From Octopus sinensis (lineage: Eukaryota): a stretch of 64,000 nt of DNA. The translations under genes and the position numbers were made by a program. Positions 52,910-64,000 of this stretch are shown here, piece after piece (the first letter of the stretch is position 1; each line of letters starts with the position of its first letter). The notes beneath the pieces are model-generated. The model saw only the letters and a program-made list of their open reading frames with translations, was not told the DNA's origin and searched no databases. Location of the stretch: contig NC_043015.1 of assembly GCF_006345805.1 (NCBI RefSeq), positions 10,106,001-10,170,000 of the forward strand, written 5' to 3'.

Positions 52910-52912
<3 letters not shown>
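52470..52912 (+). mobile_element. Tc1 (DD34E) transposon 3' end with IR/DR-type terminus
   Basis: DWPAQSPDLNPIENVWNILG...EEWNKI...CSRRCQSVIEAKGLHTKY* with one frameshift. The terminal GTTCTGAACATTTAGGCCGCAACTG is repeated internally at 52759-52778. Confidence 0.85.
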
Positions 52913-52995
<83 letters not shown>

Positions 52996-53402
52996 GTGTG
53001 TGTATGTGTGTGCGTGCGTGCGTGTGTGTTTGTGTATATGTATGTGTTTGTATGTATGCGTGTGTATGAGCGTGTGTATATGTGTGTGAATGAAAATTTG
53101 AAACTTCTATTTGGCCCCATAGAACTTCAAAATGTGGAGGCACGTGCGTAAACATGCGTGACAGAACGAGATTATTGTTTCTATTTGCAAACATAATCGA
53201 CCACAAGGAATAGTTATAATCGAAAATCAACCAAGGTTGTTTAGACTGTTATTGACAAATGAAATTCGAATAATTCCTTATCTATAGCCAAAGCAATTTC
53301 CAGTTGATATCTTTTACCAAACGGAGTAGGGAAAGCATTGATCGAGTTCTGATCTTCTTAGATCTCTGAAGCGAAGCATATGCATATCGCTTATATATCT
53401 AT

Positions 53403-53405
53403 ATC

Positions 53406-53475
<70 letters not shown>
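53403..53475. repeat. (CTAT)n microsatellite
   Basis: Tetranucleotide tract. Confidence 0.95.
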
Positions 53476-53476
<1 letters not shown>

Positions 53477-53520
53477 ATTTTATATATATATATATATATA
53501 TACATACATATATATATATA

Positions 53521-53538
53521 TAGTACATACTTCGCCTT

Positions 53539-53574
<36 letters not shown>

Positions 53575-54083
53575 ATATAGTACATACTTCGCCTTTAATG
53601 TACTTATATATGAATAATATATGGCCTGTGCTACAAACACCAGCGATAATAATTAATTTTATTTTATCGCATTTTGAATTTGTTTACATATTTCTCCATA
53701 AATTTTGAGCGTTAGACTATATACCAGAAATCCCTAGTTTGTCGGGTTCGTTCTGCGTCTGCGCAGTCATCTGATTAGTTAGAAAGAGCAAATTAGTAGA
53801 CGCACATGTGTCTATCGAGTTGCGCTTCATAATAAGAGGAATCTTACTGAAGAGCATACCTGAGTAAATAAATATTATTTTTATTGCTGAAAAAGGTGAA
53901 ACTGCAGTCTAAGATGAACAGAGTTAGTAAAAGTTTTTAGTTTCATTTCACTAAATTTATCAAGCTTCTGTGTTTTTAGTACATACTTCGCCTTTAATGT
54001 ACTTATATATGAATAATATATGGCCTGTGCTACAAACACCAGCGATAATAATTAATTTTATTTTATCGCATTTTGAATTTGTT

Positions 54084-54085
<2 letters not shown>
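53521..54085. repeat. Identical 109-bp direct duplication (53578-53686 and 53977-54085) plus a 19-bp leading copy at 53521
   Basis: TAGTACATACTTCGCCTTTAATGTAC...TTTGAATTTGTTTA is identical in both copies. Confidence 0.9.
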
Positions 54086-54156
<71 letters not shown>

Positions 54157-54599
54157 ATATATATTATATTTATATATGTGTATATGTATGTATGTGTATG
54201 TGGGTGGCCCTGCTGTGTCTGTTTTTGTGTTTGTGTGCACTTGTGTGCATATATTGTTATTTCCCTGTGGCACACCGATATTAATAATTCAATATGCATA
54301 TGCATCACTTAACATCTTAAGTCAGGAACAGAACGTAATAAGAAATAGAATAATGGGCAAAGAAACAAGCAATTATGTAACAATCTTGTTTAGATTACAG
54401 CTGATTTGCTATAAGGTGCAATGCACGCGTATTCGAGTGCTTGTGTATCACAAAATAAGTTCTTTGGAACGTAATAAATGAAGTACAAGTTTATTTGGGT
54501 AATTATTTATATATGGAAAAAGATGACCGCCTATAATAAACATTTTAAAACGTACTGAATGGAGAATACTATTTTAGGGATATAAGCCTTTTCCAGAAA

Positions 54600-55600
54600 T
54601 ATCTCGATTTATATAGCTTCTTTATTGTGCTTACAATTGATAATCACATCATTTCGTTTAATTAGAAGTTTTGTGTTTGTCAGTAAAACTGTTATCGATT
54701 CCCTGATGGACAATCAATATGGCATTCTTTTTCCCACGTATAGGATTATATATTTGTTTTTGTTCCATCATTAAATACAATGGGTGTTTTGATTTTTAGG
54801 GTGCTCAACGTACTCATCCAGAAAAGTAGAATGGTCCAAATGAGATTTTTGTGAATAGTGCATATGTATACGAAAGGATCTGTAAAATTGTTGACTGCAG
54901 CACCTACGTATTTTGTCGTAGGTGTATGCGCATTTATATAACCCCTATATATGATGTTTTTCGGAAGAAATATATACGTATATACATACATATATTGTCT
55001 TTCATTCTGAAAAAAAACATGATGATTGTAAATGTACTTAACACGTAGAAATATTCTACCGCAAATCAGATTCCTATGACAATAATTCCCAAATCCTATT
55101 TCCTTATGGAAATAGGTTTTTAGGATGGTTGTATGTATAGGTAAAAGCAACCATACATCCAACGAGGATAATGCTACCGATGTATAAAACTACGGAATTA
55201 GCAATTTATATCCGTTACTCTCCTTTTCGCTTCATGCCTGGGACATATTCGTGATAGATGTTTAAGGAATTTTATTCCAATAGCCTAGGATATGATAAAT
55301 CTGACTATGAATGTGTTCTTGAAATCAAAAATACATTCTATATTGTTGTTTCGATAGGCAGAATGAGGAATGTTATAGATGACAGGCATGTTATTCTGTA
55401 AGCTTTAGGTAAGAAAGTCCTGTCCCGTATTCAGACATATAACGATTTAAAAGAATGCATTCTGAATGTTCGTAACATTCAGATTGTCTCAAGTCTCATT
55501 CAAACTAGGATATTGTATATATTTCAAAGTATTACTTACAGGCATACCCTCCGATAGCTATGTAAATACCCACATATCCTTTAATTAACTGACATTATAA
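54600..55600 (-). mobile_element. Highly decayed Penelope-like RT remnant, third lineage
   Basis: Minus-strand frames give FLPKAYR..CLSSI (LPKIHK...RPIIS), VALSSLDVWLLLP (VSLDV.SL.T) and IYRGYINA...VNNF (YRRYIDD...LNNF). Confidence 0.5.
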
Positions 55601-56831
55601 TATGAATATATTGGTAGAATATCTACTATTTAACTATTAAAGTCTCGTTCACAAATAACCTATCTCTCACACTGTTGAACCGAAGTCACGAAACCACTTC
55701 GGCAAAATTCATATGTTCAATGTAGTAAGCAATTTATCACAGACCCTTCCCCCTTATCATAGTCATCACAAATTTTGTCGTCGAAAACTATCATTCGTTG
55801 AACGTAACAGCTTGAAATTTGCGGGCTTTACGGTTGAAAGAGAACATTAACTAACCAAATTTCCCATTTGACCCATCTATTAGCAATTATGTGCCTCCTC
55901 AGGGATTGCTTTGGTGAATGTTGATTATTTCCTGGCTCTTTATCCTAAGGAGTTTTCAAAGTTGTTGACTGCATTATTCTGGTCCTCACTATATATCGCA
56001 CCTTCACTTTTTGGAATATCCTAGTGATGGGTGCTCTTCTCAATCCCCACAGAAGCAATCGTGTCTTTTTTAACAGATTGGTGGCTCTTAAGGTTTTATA
56101 AAGTGATTCCATTATTTAAATTGAAGATTCGACTTCGGATCATATGACCACCATCAGGTTTACCCACATATTAACTGATTGGATTATAATGTATTTAATT
56201 TAGCTTCAAAAGCTCCCAGTATTTCAGAGCTTCCGAAATTCTTTCATTCAAAAAGTGAGCAAACTGTCAAGGTTACTGCGGTGTACGCAGTGTGAAGCTC
56301 CTACATACTTACACGAATTAATCGTGTTGGCGATTTGCGTTACTGGACAAAGTAAATGTTCATACATTTCATGGCCTATCTTCCATTATTGTTCCACATG
56401 CTTGAACCGTTTCCATTCATCTCGGCTATTTTTATACATGATGGTGGAATCTTCGTAAATAAAACTGCATTCTGGTGGTGAAGAAAGAGAGTGAAAATCG
56501 TGGCGGCATGTTATCACTGTTTCGGCGACATTGATCTTTTGAAGATTTGCTGTTAGTACGCGGCAGATGTAAGATCTAGTTAAATAAACACACATATAAA
56601 CAGTACAATTCAGAAAGCCTTCATCAGCATACAAGGAGAAAAACAACGAACAAATTACATTATCGGAACAGATACGCATCACGAATTTGAAATCTGAACG
56701 CTGATCGTCAATTAATGCAAAAATATTACTGCCTTTGCTACACGGACCTTTTATATAAAAATAGAATGCTATGAAGAACAACCATATATGCTTTGTGTGA
56801 TTGTTCTAGGGGATGTGCAGAGAGAGAGAGA

Positions 56832-56870
<39 letters not shown>

Positions 56871-57088
56871 ATTCTCATGATAACGATGATAGAATCAAAT
56901 CGTATACGATTACGGATACATCTAGCAGGATTGCTGTTCACGCAGTCTCCACTCTCCCTCTATCTCTCTCACACATTTTTAAAGCACACACACATACACA
57001 CACAATTACACACATAGCATATATATATATATATATATATAATATATATATATATATATAATATATATATATATATAATATATAATAT

Positions 57089-57158
<70 letters not shown>

Positions 57159-57344
57159 TATATATATATATATATATACAAATAGATAGATACATGCATA
57201 CATACATATAGGCATACATACAAATACACGTATATACGTATATATTTAAATAAATGATCTTAACATAAAATCTGAGAGTTTGTTAAACATTCCTGGGTGT
57301 AGTTACATATATGTGAATGTGGGTGGGGGTGCGCACGTGTGTTC

Positions 57345-57375
<31 letters not shown>

Positions 57376-57626
57376 CTTATATATGTGCATATATATACAT
57401 ATATACACATCGACATATATATGTGCGTGTGTGTGTATTTATATATATATCATCATCATCATCATCATCATCGTTTAACGTCCGCTTTCCATGCTAGCAT
57501 GGGTTGGACGGTTCAACTGGGGTCTGGCAAGCCCGAAGGCTGCACCAGGCCAGTCAGATCTGGCAGTGTTTCTACAGCTGGATGCCCTTCCTAACGCCAA
57601 CCACTCCGAGAGTGTAGTGGGTGATT

Positions 57627-57906
57627 TTATGTGCCACCGACACAGGTGCCAGACGAGGCTGGCAGACGGCCACGCTCGGATGGTGTTTTTTATGTGCCAC
57701 CGACACAGGTGCCAGACGAGGCTGGCTGACGGCCACGCTCGGATGGTGTTTTCTTATGTGTCACCGACACAGGTGCCAGACGGGGCTGGCGGACGGCCAC
57801 GCTCGGATGGTGTTTGTTACGTGCCTTCAGCACGGAGGCCAGTCGTTGCGGTACTGGCTACGATCACGTTCGGATGGTTTTCTTATGTGCCACCGGCACT
57901 GGTACC
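57627..57906. repeat. ~63-bp tandem repeat in the RTE 3' UTR (3 close copies plus 2 degenerate or partial)
   Basis: Unit TATGTGCCACCGACACAGGTGCCAGACGAGGCTGGCAGACGGCCACGCTCGGATGGTGTTTT starts at ~57628, 57691 and 57755. Confidence 0.9.
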
Positions 57907-58170
57907 ACAAGGATACAAATTCCATTGATGTTCATCTATTTTGATTTGGTTCGATTTGATTTGATTTGATTCGATTCTCACTTGCCTCAACAGGTCTTCA
58001 CAAGTGTCACAAGAAGGAAGGTATGCACAGGTGGACTGACTACGTCCCAGGTAGGGGCCACGGATTATGGCTTCACTAGTCTTGCCGGGTCTTCTCACGC
58101 ACAGCATACTTCCATAGGTCTCGGTCTCTAGTCATTTCCATGGTGAGACCTAACGTCCGAAGGTCGTGCT

Positions 58171-59100
58171 TCACCACTTCGTCCCAGTTTTCCTGGGTCT
58201 ACCTCTTCCTCGGGTTCCCTCAACTGCTAGGGATTGGCACTTTCTCACACACCTATCTTCATCCATTCTCGCCACATGACCATACCAGCGCAATCGTCTC
58301 TCTTGCACACAACAACTGATGCTTCTTAGGTACAACATTTCTCTCAAGGTTCTAACGCTCTGTCGAGTAAGTACACTGACATTACACATCCATCGGAGCA
58401 TACTGGCTTCGTTCCTCACGAGCTTACGCATGTCCTCAGCAGTCACGGCCCATGTTTCACTGCCATGTAGCATAGCTGTTCGTACACATGCATCATACAG
58501 TCTGCCTTTTACTATGAGCGAGAGGCCTTTAGTCACCAGCAGAGGTAAGAGCTCCCTAAACTTTGCCCAGGCTATTCTTATTCTAGCAGTTACACTTTCA
58601 GCGCACCCGCCCCCACTACTGACTTGGTCACCTAGATAGCGGAAGCTATCAACTACTTCTAGTTTTTCCCCCCGGAAAGTGACGGAAGTTGTTTTCTGCA
58701 GATTTTCGGAGGTCAATGCTCCAGAGCATCTGCCACATACAAAAACTATCTTCCCAGTTAGCCTACCTTTGACATTGCTGCACCTCTTATGTGTCCATAG
58801 CTTACACTGGGTACATCTTATAGAGTTTCTACCTACACCTTTCCTACAGATCGAGCAGGGCCATCTTCCTGAGGATATTTGTGGATTTTCTAACTTTCTA
58901 CTTATTAGTACTTTGGTTTTAGCTAGGTTGACTCTAAGGCCCCTCGATTCTAAACCCTCCTCCCACACCTGGAACTTCTCCTCCAGTTCTGATAGTGACT
59001 CAGCGATTAGAGCGAGGTCGTCAGCATAGAGGAGCTCCCAGGGGCAACCTGTCTTGAATTCCTCCACAATTTCCTGGAGGACTATGATAAATAGGAGGGG
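58171..59100 (-). CDS. Open RT segment of the RTE LINE, containing a PHD-like C4HC3 insertion
   Basis: About 310 open codons. The insertion CSIC-x11-CTQC-x4-H-x2-C-x14-CGRC lies between TKV and FRYLG. Confidence 0.8.
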   Translation of the reverse strand, partial: PLLFIIVLQEIVEEFKTGCPWELLYADDLALIAESLSELEEKFQVWEEGLESRGLRVNLAKTKVLISRKLENPQISSGRWPCSICRKGVGRNSIRCTQCKLWTHKRCSNVKGRLTGKIVFVCGRCSGALTSENLQKTTSVTFRGEKLEVVDSFRYLGDQVSSGGGCAESVTARIRIAWAKFRELLPLLVTKGLSLIVKGRLYDACVRTAMLHGSETWAVTAEDMRKLVRNEASMLRWMCNVSVLTRQSVRTLREMLYLRSISCCVQERRLRWYGHVARMDEDRCVRKCQSLAVEGTRGRGRPRKTGTKW

Positions 59101-60304
59101 GATGATATATATACACATACATACGAATGAATATTTATTACTACTGTTATTATTGCTACTGTTATTGTTATTATTCAGATATCAATATCTATATCAGCAC
59201 ACCTAAGTTTAATGTATATTAATGTTATATAAAAGAGTATTTACATATATGCATAAATGATTATGCATAGTTATTCATCTATATAACTATATGATACCAT
59301 CTTTTATTTAAATACAGGTACACTACTAGTAATATACTAAAATACGTACGTACACATATGAAACAATGAAACTATATCATCCTATTTCTGAATTTCTAAT
59401 GACACATATGATATTCCAACGCATATGTAATATATACATTCACACACACATGCGCATACATATATGTACAAAACTTTGGTATATTTACGTATACATATAT
59501 ATATATGTGTGTGTTTGTATCCTTATATTGGTGTACGTGTTATTGTAATGCAAAAGCGTTTGAGTTTATTTGTATTCGCCAATACTATATACTCATTTCA
59601 GAAACTTTTATTACAAAGATCCGAAGGGTGAGTCACGAATACAATACATAATTTTTCTAAAGAACGAGAAATGTATTATTACATTCCAGCATATCACTTG
59701 ATATATAATGCTTATAGATGAATTATTAATAGATCTGATAAACAAGTACGTCATAAAGAAGGAGAGAAAAGTTGAAATCGCTTATCTGAAATGAAACTGT
59801 TTACTTCATAGTCTTTCACTTACAAAGATATCACTCATATATATACACACACATACTAACACACATATATAAATACATACACACGCACAAACTTCTATAT
59901 ATATATAAATATATTCATATATATATATATATATATATATACATACATACACATGTGCCTGTGTATATAGGTGTATATATGTATATATATATATGTGTGT
60001 GTGTATGAATATATATGAAATATATATATATGTAAATATACAAATATATATATACATATATATATATGTATATATTTATACACACATATATATGTACATT
60101 TGCATACACACACACACACACACATATATATATGTATATATGAGGTAGAGTATTTAGACGATCGTCTAAGGGATAATAAATATCCTATATACTTCTGGAG
60201 GGATACCTCTTTATATTTAAATATTACTTTTGCAAGGCAATAGTACAATTAAATAATAGGTACAATTGGAGTTAAAGAAAATATTATCTAGAATCTATAG
60301 CAGG

Positions 60305-60586
60305 CAAGGAAGAATTGGAGAAGTGATTCAATTGACAAACATCACTAAGATTTATTTACCATAATTATCAAAGGAATAAATAAATAAATACAACTCCACT
60401 CTTACAGCTGTGTCTATTTGGGGGTTCCAGTATGCTACAGTCGGCATATCAATTGTAGTATACATGAATCCGTAAAGTAGGGACAGTTGTAAGAGTGGAG
60501 TAGTATTTATTTATATATTTGATAATTATGGTAAATAATTCTTACTGATGTTTGTCAATTGAATCTCTTCTCCATTTTCTTCCTTG
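60305..60586. repeat. Long imperfect inverted repeat (~105-bp arms, ~70-bp spacer), MITE-like
   Basis: 60305-60411 is the reverse complement of 60483-60586 (GGAGAAG.GATTCAATTGACAAACATCA.TAAGA.TTATTTACCATAATTATCAAA...ACTCCACTCTTACA.CTGT). Confidence 0.85.
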
Positions 60587-60682
60587 ATTTATACATATAT
60601 AAGAATACAATTTGAAAGTAAGACCATTCAAATGATACTGCATGTGAGTAGGGCGCATCCAACCATGTCATCTCCATCGATT

Positions 60683-60784
60683 TCATTGTAAAGTTTTCGG
60701 TTTTTCATTCGTTTTATCTTTTTTGTCCCCACTGTGGTGTTGTGCCTGTCCATTTGCCGCCCCCTCTGTGTTACAGCCTGAGTG
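60683..60784 (-). CDS. Candidate terminal coding exon of an unidentified minus-strand gene (HSGCNTEGAANGQAQHHSGDKKDKTNEKPKTLQ* if phase 0)
   Basis: Strong acceptor TATCTCTTTTGTTCAG, locally GC-richer non-repetitive sequence, and AATAAA downstream at ~60505. The frame is uncertain and no homology was recognised. Confidence 0.3.
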   Translation of the reverse strand, partial: HSGCNTEGAANGQAQHHSGDKKDKTNEKPKTLQ

Positions 60785-60873
60785 CTGAACAAAAGAGATA
60801 CCTTCGGTGAAGGTACGCCTTTACGACCATTCACACATAGACGAGGAGATAGGCCGTTATAATAAGACATACC

Positions 60874-60944
<71 letters not shown>

Positions 60945-60945
<1 letters not shown>

Positions 60946-61105
60946 GTGTGTATCTTTCTACCTGTGTTTGATTCCCTACCATCACTTGACAACTGATGTT
61001 GGTGTATTTATGACCCCGTAAGTTAGCGGTTCGGCTACATTATGTATTCGGAGATCGACTAAAAGTCTCGAAATCGAACTGACTGAAAAAAGTAAAAGAA
61101 TATAA
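60945..61105 (+). mobile_element. SINE family B, decayed 3' half
   Basis: CACTTGACAACTGATGTTGGTG...CCCGTAAGTTAGCGGTTCGG...GACTGAAAAAAGTAAAAG. Confidence 0.7.
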
Positions 61106-61177
61106 TAGTAAAATAATTCCTATTTACCAGACGATGGCAACGCAATACCTTCACATGTTTTGCATGACTAATATTAT

Positions 61178-61261
61178 ACTATAACCTCGGGCCAATCAAA
61201 GTCTTGTGAGTGGATTTGGTAGGCGTAAACTGAAAGAAGTCCGTCGTGTATTTGTATGTAT

Positions 61262-61315
<54 letters not shown>

Positions 61316-61558
61316 ATATACATAGGTGTGTGTATATGTTTGTGTGTCTGTGTCTGTGTCTGTCCCGCCAACATCGCTTGACAACCGATGCTGGTGCGTT
61401 TACGTACCCGTAACTTAGCGGTTCGGCAAAAGAGACCAATAGAATAAGTACTAGGCTTACAAAGAATAAGTCCTGTGATCGATTTGCTTGAATAAAGGAG
61501 ATGCTCCAGCATGGCCACAGTCAAATAACTGAAACAAGTAAAAGAGTAAAAGAGTAAT
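61178..61558 (+). mobile_element. SINE family B, 5'-truncated
   Basis: CCTCGGGCCAATCAAAGTCTTGTGAGTGGATTTGG through CTCCAGCATGGCCACAGTCAAATAACTGAAACAAGTAAAAGAG. Confidence 0.9.
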
Positions 61559-62971
61559 TTTGTGAATATATCTGTTAAAATGAGATGTGAATTTTATTCT
61601 CATTTTTGCATAATTTAGATGACAGTATATTCGCCATACCCTTTCTATATATTGCAACTGTAGATGGTACAGAAACATTTGTGGCTTATAATTAAAGACG
61701 TACGAAAGAATTTGCTTTGTCTTCTTTTCATTTTATGTGTGTGCGTGTGTGTTGTAAGTGTGTCTACGTTTTTTTTTAAATAAACCAAATTGAAGTTTTA
61801 CCCCTGTAGTGTTAGGATATAAGCCGTTTGTGTACTATCATAAAATGCACAATGATATTTACGTATCGTTGTGAGTGGTGCATTGTTAGCGTATGTAAGC
61901 ATCATTTCGAGTCACCGCGTATATTCTTTGAAAATGCTCCATCGAAATTATGTCCTTATGTTTATGTTTAGAAATATACTGGCAGTATGTTTTCAACATT
62001 GACTATGCAACTCCAATAATAAAGACAACGAGTGTTCTCTCGAATATTTTAGAACAAAAATGTTTATACTATCTTCTTCAGAATTTTGAATACACTCATA
62101 AAATATTCATTTGCTCTTTACAAATATAATTGCAAAATATCAAAGTTCAATAATAGTTATTGAAATCATTAATAACATGCGTTTTATTGTCTATTCACTG
62201 CGCGAACTTCAGCTTATTTAAATTATTTAATAATAAATACATTCTTGAAAAGAAAAATAATCTTTTCTGTAGTATGGATTCGGTCTGCAAAAACATTCAT
62301 ACCTTGAGTTGAAACCAAAGTTTTTTTGTTTTTTTTTTTAGTTGGGTCATAATTAGGAAAGGCTATCAAAACACTCACTGTTTGTTGTATGTTTCATATT
62401 TTTGTCGTATGCAAACCAGTTGATGCTTATGTTCCCCAAAGTGTTTCCAGTGCAACGAGCTGTAACTTATTAAAATTTGTTTATATATTTCCAGGGGTTA
62501 TTTTGATATTTTAACTGAATTTTATGTAAACTACGGTAAAGCTAAAAGCCAATTATCTAAATTTATACACCCATTAAATTAGCATACAGGTCGATGTAGT
62601 GAAAAATATTTTGAGAGATGTAAATATTAACCATGTCAGAAAGAAATGAAATAAAGAGTATAACATTAACAACAGAAGCTGATGGTTAGTTTAGCTAAAA
62701 CAATTTATGAGACATGTGCCAGCCATAACAAAATATACATCTCCCAAAATCCCAGAAATTTAACGTTCTTCAAAAAACTAACTACGCATATGCACATGAA
62801 CGTATTATTTGTTCAATCACACATAAAAAATGGCACAAACACACGTTAAAACATAAGTACATTGCCTTCCATTCTGCCAGCCTTCTATAATTTCTTACGT
62901 ACTCTCCATTTCTGAACACAGCCCATTTGGTTTTCAGAATACGTACATACGTACACACATACATATATACA

Positions 62972-63007
<36 letters not shown>

Positions 63008-63222
63008 TAGAGAGAGATATGTGTATATATCTATCTATATATGTATATATATATATGTGTGTGTGTGTGCGTGTATATATGTATAATATATATATACATA
63101 TATATATATATTATATATATATAAGTATATGTATATATACGCGAGAGAGAATGAGAGAATGGGAGAGAAAATTTGTTCAAGCCTTCTACTAGCTTAAAAT
63201 GCTGCAACACCTACTCTTGTAC

Positions 63223-63273
63223 CTTGAAGATTCTTGCTTTCTTTGTGTTTGCGCACACGAATACTGATTTTTC
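63223..63273 (-). CDS. Candidate 51-nt internal exon of the same minus-strand gene
   Basis: Acceptor TTTTTTCTAATTTTATTTGTACAG includes a branch-like CTAAT, and the donor is AAG|GTACAA. All three frames are stop-free (phase 0 reads EKSVFVCANTKKARIFK). Confidence 0.3.
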
Positions 63274-64000
63274 CTGTACAAATAAAATTAGAAAAAAACA
63301 TATGCCTGGTATTTGCATAATACAACGAATCAACTTCGTTCCTCAGTATCTGACCAGAACTTCTAATTTGCTCTCATTTGCCGGCTTTCGTAAACGGTAT
63401 ACTGTCCGACATTAATTTCATATTGTATTGAGTATGTACCTATTTGATGATATTGTTCTCGTCTAGGTTTTCACGCACAATAAAGACACAAATAGTGTAC
63501 ATTATATTTTACGGAATATTTACTCTCAATGTAGGAAGGAATTAAACTTTCATTAGATTCATCTATTTTTTAGAGGCCCGTGATATATTCCTTTCCGTTA
63601 AATACAGTTCAAGCGTATGCGGCGGAATGAGAATAAAGATTAATGTACCGACAACCAATAACGTTTTACTCCGGCGAAAATGTACTTGCTACTAGTGTGA
63701 AAATTCTCATCTGCTAATCCTTAACTGATTTCGCGGAGATAAATATCGGGTAAACTTAGGCATTTAGATCATACTTGCCCTATATATTTAAAGCAAAAGT
63801 CAAGTACCCACTAAAATGAATAATCATTTGCATACGAATAGTTATGTCAAAATTTTCTCACGAACGTTGTACGAATCATCTTTACGTTAAGAATAAGCGG
63901 TTCCATTATGATGTAGAACAGTGTAGGTGAGATAATATTGTCGTTAATATAACCCATCATACAAAATGACTATAAGTGAGATAGATAGATAGATAGATAG

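Larger units (their letters stand above)
57431..59100 (-). mobile_element. 5'-truncated RTE-clade LINE with a (GAT)n tail
   Basis: RT C-terminal half LLYADDLAL...GLRVNLAKTKV...EVVDSFRYLGD...MLHGSETW...RLRWYGHV...GRGRPRKT. The 3' UTR ends in (GAT)7, and both junctions fall in (TA)n. Confidence 0.92.

Noticed and set aside
56313-56575. Minus-strand segment bounded by a good acceptor and GTAAGT donor
   Set aside because: All three frames contain stops, so it is not an internal coding exon. It could be UTR or lncRNA, but the sequence alone cannot support that.
57627-57906. Regularly spaced repeats resembling a CRISPR array
   Set aside because: They are head-to-tail units without unique spacers, inside a eukaryotic LINE 3' UTR.
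58319-59029. Plus-strand ORFs of 106 and 116 aa
   Set aside because: They are antisense to the RTE reverse transcriptase.

Overview
AT-rich eukaryotic non-coding DNA, most likely from an octopus (judged from the SINE/LINE families and the density of (TA)n, (CA)n, (ATT)n and (GATA)n microsatellites). I found no confidently identifiable host protein-coding gene. Most ORFs in the supplied track are translations of microsatellites or antisense shadows of transposons. The window is a mosaic of decayed mobile elements: two abundant tRNA-derived SINE families (about 17 copies or fragments), an L1/Tx1 LINE, an R4/Dong-like RLE retrotransposon sitting in a (TAA)n tract, an RTE LINE with a PHD-like finger inside its RT, a CR1/L2-group LINE 3' end, three Tc1/mariner remnants, a possible hAT remnant and five Penelope-like (PLE) coding remnants. 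The most notable signal is a cluster of five type I hammerhead-ribozyme motifs at 16.2-21.5 kb. These include two identical, intact ribozymes in the ~180-bp inverted repeats of a non-coding element, and a tRNA-head/(TAA)n/hammerhead composite present twice. One SINE family and the CR1/L2-like LINE share a 3' tail whose stem-loop is kept by compensatory changes. A few weak candidate exons (mostly minus strand) and several long hairpins are reported at low confidence. Element boundaries were read by eye and are approximate.
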